From IMG/VR virus record IMGVR_UViG_3300042695_000536, positions 8,285 through 72,284 of that record: 64,000 nucleotides of DNA, one strand, 5' to 3'. Source of the DNA: a virus. Taxonomy: Duplodnaviria; Caudoviricetes. Under the pieces are notes generated by a model. That model saw nothing but the letters and a program-made list of their open reading frames with translations. It was not told the DNA's origin and did not search any database. Shown piece by piece: positions 17,956 through 24,345 of this stretch (positions within the stretch are counted from its first letter, which is position 1; the number at the start of each line of letters is the position of its first letter). The position numbers and the translations under genes were made by a program.

Positions 17956-18308
17956 AGTGACCACCTTTCTTTTTCGTTATGGTAGTATTTTACCACGGGG
18001 GTCTGACATTTATCTACCTACTAGCCAGTAATTCCAAATAATGAGACGCTCAGCCTATGTGATAGTAATCACAAAATCTCGGGCGTGTCGCAAAACCTGG
18101 GGGTTGTGGATAACCCCCGTAACCCTGTGGATAACTCCCGCAAGTACTTGCGGGCCAGCTTGACAATGTCAAGCCGACACGCCGTTAGGCTAGTGTGAGT
18201 TAGCCCACTCTCGGTAATCCGCTACGATCTCACGCCATACAAGGCGGAGCATAATTAGGGCGGGAATACCAATACCTAATTGGACTAGTGTAGTAAGTAG
18301 TCTATTCA

Positions 18309-18500
18309 TTACTCTCCCCATGTATCATTAGTATTAGTAGGCAAGCAATTGCCTAGTGTTCGATTATTCTTTACTCTTTTATAAATCTTATAACCGATAA
18401 AAACAACGGAGGACAAGATAAGGAAAGCCCATGATAGGGATAAGTAAATAAAATCACCCATGTCAAGCATAAAGCCGTATTCATTTAGTTCGATAGTCAT
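18309..18500 (-). CDS. Small membrane protein
   Basis: Single TM helix followed by basic residues; GAGG RBS. Confidence 0.6.
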   Translation of the reverse strand: MTIELNEYGFMLDMGDFIYLSLSWAFLILSSVVFIGYKIYKRVKNNRTLGNCLPTNTNDTWGE

Positions 18501-18776
18501 TACTTATTTACCTCTACTTCTCTAATGTTGTAAGTGAAACCCTTACCTAGTTTATTTAGTTCGTTCATTACTGTTAGCAATTCATCTGCGCTAGTAGCCT
18601 TGTTATTAACGCTTAGTAGTTGGCTACCTTGCCAAAGTGTGTAAGTGATTATCATTAGTAAGTATCCTCTACGCCTAGTTCATAGGACTTGTTTAGTAGT
18701 GTTAGTAGTTCAGGTGTTACAGTAAATCCGTTAGCCTTAGCCATGTCGGCTAGTGTATCCATTGGGTACATCATTA

Positions 18777-18959
18777 TTAGTTCTCCCATGTTAGTTGGTA
18801 AAGTTTTGCTAGTGCCTCATCATCTGAGTCATCAAATTCATCTAGTGGAGGTTGTTCCTCATCTACCTCATCAAGGTATGCGTATGCGTCTGCGACATCT
18901 GATTGGATAGTATCCCATTTAGATACGCTATTAGTTTCGTATGAGTATGCGTATGACAT
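18777..18959 (-). CDS. Small highly acidic protein
   Basis: D/E-rich; GGAG RBS. Confidence 0.6.
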   Translation of the reverse strand: MSYAYSYETNSVSKWDTIQSDVADAYAYLDEVDEEQPPLDEFDDSDDEALAKLYQLTWEN

Positions 18960-19165
18960 TATTTATTCATCTCCTTAGCGATTGTATCGGACTTACGCAA
19001 AGCCTCTAGGGCTATTGCTAGGGAGGCAAGGCGTTGCGCCTCTACCATTTGCTTGTATTCATCTAGTGTCATTTATTCTGACCTTTCGTTGTTGTTATTC
19101 TGTAATTGTAGCATGGGGGTCTGACAAATTGGGGAGGTTGGGCTAGCGTGTCGCTGTGAGGTGTG

Positions 19166-19336
19166 TCACATGCCTCTCTTGAGGCGAATAGCCTCGACCT
19201 GTGCTAATTGCTCAGGTGTAGCGTTGCGGAAAGCCTGTACGCTCTCTCTAATCCAAGGTGACTTAGCCATAGCCTTTTCGTGAGCGATAGCGTTTCGCTC
19301 TTGTTGTTCTTTTCTAATTCGTTCTAGTGTATTCAT
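19166..19336 (-). CDS. First gene of the - strand early cluster, hypothetical
   Basis: Promoter 19372-19393 and ACAAACGAAAGG RBS before MNTLER. Confidence 0.65.
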   Translation of the reverse strand: MNTLERIRKEQQERNAIAHEKAMAKSPWIRESVQAFRNATPEQLAQVEAIRLKRGM

Positions 19337-20055
19337 TAGATGATTACCTTTCGTTTGTTTGTTATACCTTAAGCATAGCATGGGGGTCTGACAAATGTCT
19401 AATCCAAAATGCGTATAATTCGGACATTGTGAGATGTATCACAAAAAAATCGTGTGAGATGAGTCACAAATGACCATTCATTATGGGCGCACTATCCGAA
19501 ATGTCCGTTTTGCCTAAATTGTGTATCATACATGTAAAAAATATATTAACATTTTCTTAAATCTGAAAAAGCAGTCAACTAGAATAAATGGCGGGGAATA
19601 TGGTAAGATACTACTTGATCAACATAGCTGTTATATAAGCTATTGACTTTGGTAAAAGTAAAATGCTACACTTAGTTTGCTTTGTGGGGGGCTTACCCTG
19701 AAACTCAATATGTACCAGATAACATCTGTGGATATATGTTCCAGGAATTGCTTTCTCTATCTTTCCAAAAAGAAAAAATTTGGGGGGTAGGGGGGCTTTC
19801 CTAAAATCTAATATACCCAGATAAAAAGTTAAAAAAGATAAAGAATATAAGACAAATAGGTGATAAGTATGTGTAGAGAATGTGGAAACTGTTCAAGACA
19901 ACATACTAGAACGATAGATGATTCTATGGATGAAGTCCTAGATTCAATTTTTAAAAAAACGGGGGTAGAACAGTGAAACTTCTTTTGGCTATAGCCATAG
20001 TAACTGTAATGACTTTTACCCTTGGTATCATATATCAGATAATAGGCTAATATAA

Positions 20056-20130
20056 GGGCCTATAGCTTAACCTGGTTAAAGCAATTGTCTTATATGCAAT
20101 CGACTTTGGGTTCAAATCCCAATAGGCCTA
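20056..20130 (+). tRNA. tRNA-Ile (TAT anticodon), no encoded CCA
   Basis: GGGCCTA/TAGGCCT acceptor stem, ATTGT-CT-TAT-AT-GCAAT anticodon arm, TTGGG-TTCAAAT-CCCAA T arm. Confidence 0.85.
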
Positions 20131-20256
20131 CTTGGAGGAAATATGGATAATGTAAGAGTGCCAGATGAATGGCCAAAAACTAAGAAGGCTAAATTCCTTC
20201 TTGTATGCTTTGGCGTTATAGTACTATTTCTTTTTTTTAATTTATAGATCTACTTG

Positions 20257-20270
20257 GTTTCACGTGAAAC
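20257..20270. promoter_or_regulatory. parS palindrome GTTTCACGTGAAAC
   Basis: Perfect 14-bp match to the chromosomal ParB-binding site; intergenic. Confidence 0.7.
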
Positions 20271-20529
20271 ATGGAGTATAATATTACTATGCTAGCCTAT
20301 GATGTTCCTCTTTCCGCCCTCCTTTTTATCGTATATGCTGGTGTACCAGCAGAAAATAATATAGGGCCTACTGAGGAGCAATTGGACGAGTATATAGCGA
20401 TGTTAAAAAGAATTCAGGACTATGGTCTCTAATTTTCGGCTCACTTTTCGCCGCACTTTTTAGGACATTGAATCTGTAGAATATGTAGGGTATAATATAC
20501 TTATTCTTAAAAATTAAAGGAGATACACG

Positions 20530-20823
20530 ATGAGATTTTTTAGTACAATTGACTCTGAAAGAGTAAACGCAATCTGGAACAAGTTCGATCTTTTTCTAGT
20601 TAAAGAATTCAAAGAAGCAAACCCATCTTTATCAGACGAAGAAATCTTGGAAGCAACAAAAGATGGCAAGCTAACAATTAAATACCAAGAAGATCAAAAC
20701 TACGATGTATTGGTTTATGAAACAGCAAATCTAAAGCTAGAAGAGTCTGAAGAGTATCTAGTAACAAACTTCGGCACAGAGTCTGACATAGCAGATCTTG
20801 AATCTTGGAAGGCTGCAAATTAA
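20530..20823 (+). CDS. Hypothetical acidic protein
   Basis: TTGAAT-N17-TATAAT promoter and AAGGAG RBS. Confidence 0.7.
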   Translation: MRFFSTIDSERVNAIWNKFDLFLVKEFKEANPSLSDEEILEATKDGKLTIKYQEDQNYDVLVYETANLKLEESEEYLVTNFGTESDIADLESWKAAN

Positions 20824-21359
20824 TGGGAATCCTTGATGACGTAACCCATGCTGAAGAGCAACCAGTAATTACTCTTCCTGCAAGCTCACAAAAAAAATTT
20901 ATTTCTTTTGAAATTACAGACGAAGAAGTTCTTGAAATTAAAAATTGGCTAAATTCTGCTACAGATGAGGAAAAAGAAACAATTGAGCATTCTAATATAA
21001 CTAGAATTAATTACTCTCATCCAAGACTTCCAGTAAGACCTACTTTAACTGAAATAAGAGAAAAGTTTGTAGAGTTGTCTGATTTAAAAAGCCTACTCAG
21101 CATAAAAAATTATTACACAATGGCTTACTCTAACGCCGAGCCTTTTGAACATACTCATACAATGTCTGTAGAGCTAGATCCAGATGCAATATTTGTAAAA
21201 GCTTATATTGTATTAGATGGTAGCTTAAAAATAAATGGAATTTCTTCTAAAGTGTTTGCACCAAAAGAAATTGTGTTTTTTGTATCAGATTCTGAAAATG
21301 AAAACATCATGAGTTCAGGAGAAGAAGATTCTCTTATTTTGGGACTCACTTTAGCATAA
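20823..21359 (+). CDS. Hypothetical protein, possibly degenerate double-stranded beta-helix fold
   Basis: TAATG coupling; HTH...AYIVLDGSL...FAPKEIVFF. Confidence 0.55.
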   Translation: MGILDDVTHAEEQPVITLPASSQKKFISFEITDEEVLEIKNWLNSATDEEKETIEHSNITRINYSHPRLPVRPTLTEIREKFVELSDLKSLLSIKNYYTMAYSNAEPFEHTHTMSVELDPDAIFVKAYIVLDGSLKINGISSKVFAPKEIVFFVSDSENENIMSSGEEDSLILGLTLA

Positions 21360-21365
21360 CAAAGA

Positions 21366-22016
21366 TTAATTTTTGTAAAAGTTAGGTATTTTTATAAAAG
21401 CTGGAAGTACATATCTTGTAGGTCCTTCTGTTACAAATCTTACTCCATGCTCCCATTCTGGATCCCCACCAAATAGTAAAAGATCTCCAGGTTCTGGTTT
21501 CATTTCAAATCCTTTTTTAGCCCAAAAAATTTCACCACCGTTATAATCATTATTTATGTATATAACTCCAGCGTGTTGTATGGATTCATCTGTATTTTGA
21601 TCATGATGAGATACTAGCTGTACCCCATCATACATTCTCTGTATAAAATAAAATCCACTTAGTAAAAGCCCTTCTTTGGTTTTTTCAAGCACATCATTAA
21701 ATCTTTTATCTATTCTTCTATGTATATCTGAGTTAATGAAGGATACGTTTTTATCATTCCAGTTTAATGTTACTTCGTATAAACCTTCTTTAACTAAATT
21801 TTCTATATCTTCCCTGCCAAATTTTTCTTTTGTAAAAACCTTTAGCTGGTCTGTATACCACTTATCCCATTGTTCTTCAGAGGTGTTATTTATTATACCC
21901 ATGTATTCTTCAATGTCTTCTTTCGTTATAAAGTTTTTAACAACAAGCAATCCATCAATAGGAGTTTCTACGGTATATCCGCTTTCTTCAAATTCTTTTT
22001 TCATCCAAGTGGTCAT
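21366..22016 (-). CDS. Prolyl-4-hydroxylase-like 2OG-Fe(II) oxygenase
   Basis: HHD...VIYINNDYNGGEI...KPEPGDLLLF...HGV...RY. Confidence 0.85.
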   Translation of the reverse strand: MTTWMKKEFEESGYTVETPIDGLLVVKNFITKEDIEEYMGIINNTSEEQWDKWYTDQLKVFTKEKFGREDIENLVKEGLYEVTLNWNDKNVSFINSDIHRRIDKRFNDVLEKTKEGLLLSGFYFIQRMYDGVQLVSHHDQNTDESIQHAGVIYINNDYNGGEIFWAKKGFEMKPEPGDLLLFGGDPEWEHGVRFVTEGPTRYVLPAFIKIPNFYKN

Positions 22017-22028
22017 AGTATTATTGTA

Positions 22029-22661
22029 TCATTCCTTCCACATAATAGCTTGGCCAGTAGGTAGCTCAAGTATATTGTGATCTTCAAAAGCGTCTTTTAC
22101 AGCTTTTCTAGATCCTTCTGTTTTGTAAGAACCGTAGTCATCACATATTAATACTCCGCCAGAAACTATTTTAGGCCAAAAATATTCTATTGATTCTTTT
22201 GTTGGCTCGTATAAATCTACATCTACATGTACAAATGAATACTGTTTTTCTTCAAGGTCTTTAAATACTTCTGGTATCCAGCCTTTTTTTAATTCTATAT
22301 TTTTGTATCTAGATAGGTTATTTTTTGCCCACGCCATTTCAGATTTTAGTTTTACTGTTTTAAAGTATTCTGTATCAAACTCTCCTGGCTCAGAAACGCC
22401 TTCCCAAGAATCAATTCCTATAAAAGATTTGTTGCAAAACTCGGCGGTAAAGAACATTGTCATTCCAGCATAAACACCAGTCTCAGCAAAGTTTAAATTT
22501 GGATTGATTACAGATTGATGTTTTGCCAGCTGTCTTAATATAGATATTCTTCCGTACTGAGCATTGTCCATAGAATTCTGTATGTTACATATTAAATTAA
22601 AATCATTATGTAGTTTTACAAAATCTTGGTCTTCAGTCCATCTGCTTAAATATGAGTCCAT
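22029..22661 (-). CDS. TylF/MycF (macrocin O-methyltransferase)-like methyltransferase
   Basis: AETGVYAG...DSWEG...KGW..E.F...FVHVDVDLYEPT...GGVLICDDY. Confidence 0.85.
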   Translation of the reverse strand: MDSYLSRWTEDQDFVKLHNDFNLICNIQNSMDNAQYGRISILRQLAKHQSVINPNLNFAETGVYAGMTMFFTAEFCNKSFIGIDSWEGVSEPGEFDTEYFKTVKLKSEMAWAKNNLSRYKNIELKKGWIPEVFKDLEEKQYSFVHVDVDLYEPTKESIEYFWPKIVSGGVLICDDYGSYKTEGSRKAVKDAFEDHNILELPTGQAIMWKE

Positions 22662-22786
22662 TTTGCTCCTTAAACAAAAAACCCCAAAGGAGGCGGATCC
22701 TTTAGGGTCTTTGTTGCGTTATATCCGCATAGTGTAATTAATATCACACACTTATATTGTAGTATATTTTTTTTGACAAAGCAATA

Positions 22787-22972
22787 CTATTTTACGAGTT
22801 CTTTTTCAAGAAGCACATCGTATACAGCAGTCAATGCATGATTAATAGAAGGAGTGCTTTGCTCAATAAACTTATCTACTTCAGCTTCTTCCATACCGCT
22901 TGCTAGAGCCATGCTCTTATTTGTTTCGCTAAAAACCTCAGTCATGAGGTTGATTATTTCTTCTCTATCCAT
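22787..22972 (-). CDS. Hypothetical protein
   Basis: ORF track; GAGGAG RBS. Confidence 0.65.
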   Translation of the reverse strand: MDREEIINLMTEVFSETNKSMALASGMEEAEVDKFIEQSTPSINHALTAVYDVLLEKELVK

Positions 22973-23168
22973 TATTCTCCTCAGAAATAAATGCTGGGGA
23001 AGGTCCCAGCAAGAATCCTTCTTTATGATATTCTACCATTTTCTCTATTTCTTTTACATCCCCGCCTTGCTTGGCTATCAGGCATAATACGTCATATATT
23101 CTATGAAGCATTATATAATTTACCATAGGCAGATTGTCTTCTAGGTTGCTAGAATTAGTTTCAGTCAT
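22965..23168 (-). CDS. Hypothetical protein
   Basis: ORF track; overlapping operon. Confidence 0.65.
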   Translation of the reverse strand: MTETNSSNLEDNLPMVNYIMLHRIYDVLCLIAKQGGDVKEIEKMVEYHKEGFLLGPSPAFISEENNG

Positions 23169-23355
23169 TTTTTACTTTTATGTCTTCAAGCACTTCGTCA
23201 ATTGTATTTAGGCCGCGAACTTTAGCTAGCTCTAAATATGACTGAATAACATTTAATGCTTTTTCAGCAAGAAATGCTCTGGGTATGTGTGCACATGGAA
23301 TATTAGAAGACATGTCTAGAACTAAGTCTTTGTTAAACTTGCTTTCTATTTGCAT
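23161..23355 (-). CDS. Hypothetical protein
   Basis: ORF track; overlapping operon. Confidence 0.6.
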   Translation of the reverse strand: MQIESKFNKDLVLDMSSNIPCAHIPRAFLAEKALNVIQSYLELAKVRGLNTIDEVLEDIKVKND

Positions 23356-23542
23356 TTTCTATTTCTTTCACCATTTTGCTATAAAGGGCTATACCGATAT
23401 AGCTTTTGTATTTACAAGAAACACAATAAATAAAAATTTTATCTTCGTTGTCTGTGTTAGAAAAGAGAAGGCCTTGATCTAATGGACAAGCCATTTCTGA
23501 AACAAGACCTTCTCTTGAAAGGCTCAGATATTCAGATACCAA
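23333..23542 (-). CDS. Small Zn-ribbon-like protein
   Basis: CPLD...YCVSCKY; start uncertain. Confidence 0.6.
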   Translation of the reverse strand: MVSEYLSLSREGLVSEMACPLDQGLLFSNTDNEDKIFIYCVSCKYKSYIGIALYSKMVKEIENANRKQV

Positions 23543-23566
23543 TTGTATCTTAATAGTAAATCCTTT

Positions 23567-24130
23567 CTAACTTCTAGATGGAAATTTGTTTAGCCACTCT
23601 TTTGTTCGAGGAGTTAAACCTTTCCATGACGACCAATCTTGACCGCCATTGGTCATATAATACGTTATCTCTGCGTTGATTGCTGGATCAAATAACGAAT
23701 AGTTACTGTCCAGTTTGAACTTTTCTTTACGATTATCACCTAGGTTTCCCAACATGTTAATCTGAAAAATTCCATAAGAGCTGTCTCCAGTTTTTATGTT
23801 GCCGTTATAAGCCATTGGGCGTCCATTAGACTCCTTTTTAGCTACGGCCCACGCCATTTTAAGGGCGCTACCCTCAAAGCCTACAGCTTTGAGAAGTTCA
23901 ACCAATTCTTTATCTGTTAAAGACTCAGATGGTTTCCACACAGTATTACTGAATTGCTTCAGCGTTTCCTTGTCAAGTTGTGCTTCGGTTTTTACATCTG
24001 GTTTTACAACCAGTGCAGATGCTGATTGAATCATTTCTGGTTGACCAGTAAATAAAAACAATACAGCTACTGCTATTGCAACATAGTGATGTAAAACATC
24101 GCTAAGTTTTTCTTTTATATTCTCCATAGG
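23567..24130 (-). CDS. Lysozyme-like/transglycosylase (SLT-type) protein with N-terminal TM segment
   Basis: AVAKKESNG...GDSSYGIFQIN...LFDPAINA...GGQDWSSW; GGAGG RBS. Confidence 0.85.
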   Translation of the reverse strand, partial: PMENIKEKLSDVLHHYVAIAVAVLFLFTGQPEMIQSASALVVKPDVKTEAQLDKETLKQFSNTVWKPSESLTDKELVELLKAVGFEGSALKMAWAVAKKESNGRPMAYNGNIKTGDSSYGIFQINMLGNLGDNRKEKFKLDSNYSLFDPAINAEITYYMTNGGQDWSSWKGLTPRTKEWLNKFPSRS

Positions 24131-24345
24131 CATTTCCTCCAATAGAGATAACGAACTATAAGAATACCATTAAAAAGTTTAATCTGTCAACCTAGAGTTC
24201 ATGTTATATTTGTTTTAGTTAACTAATAATAAAGCTGTTTTCTTTACTTTTAATTTAATGCTCTTCCCATGCGTAAAAAAGTTTGGTAGAATAGGACTCT
24301 ACTTAAATTAAATTAGACCGCTAGGCGGAGAAACAGGTACTATAA

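Larger units (their letters stand above)
14074..18134. repeat. Seven perfect DnaA boxes (TGTGGATAA) in four repeated intergenic modules
   Basis: 14074, 15832/15853, 17104/17125, 18105/18126 (pairs 21 bp apart); one-mismatch inverted box at 14051. Confidence 0.75.
7799..19393 (-). promoter_or_regulatory. 15 PafBC/RecA-NDp-type promoters (TGTCAG-N10-TAnnnT)
   Basis: Copies at 7799-7820, 9334-9355, 10071-10092, 10792-10813, 12527-12548, 12707-12728, 13964-13985, 14921-14942, 15181-15202, 15744-15765, 16721-16742, 16987-17008, 17987-18008, 19105-19126, 19372-19393; spacer counted as 10 nt in each. Confidence 0.85.
14024..19468. promoter_or_regulatory. Seven perfect CRP/GlxR boxes (TGTGA-N6-TCACA)
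   Basis: 14024-14039, 15803-15818, 17057-17072, 18058-18073, 19155-19170, 19428-19443, 19453-19468; one-mismatch copies at 10860, 12756, 15241, 22733. Confidence 0.75.

Noticed and set aside
14041-18185. Repeat modules as CRISPR array or integron attC cassettes
   Set aside because: Irregular kb-scale spacing; no cas or integrase in the window; no attC R-box (RYYYAAC...GTTRRRY) structure seen
19683-19796. G-runs as a G-quadruplex
   Set aside because: Only two closely spaced G tracts; the third is about 90 nt away
24140-24345. NrdR box or cobalamin riboswitch upstream of nrdJ
   Set aside because: No convincing consensus match; region looks like divergent sigmaA promoters
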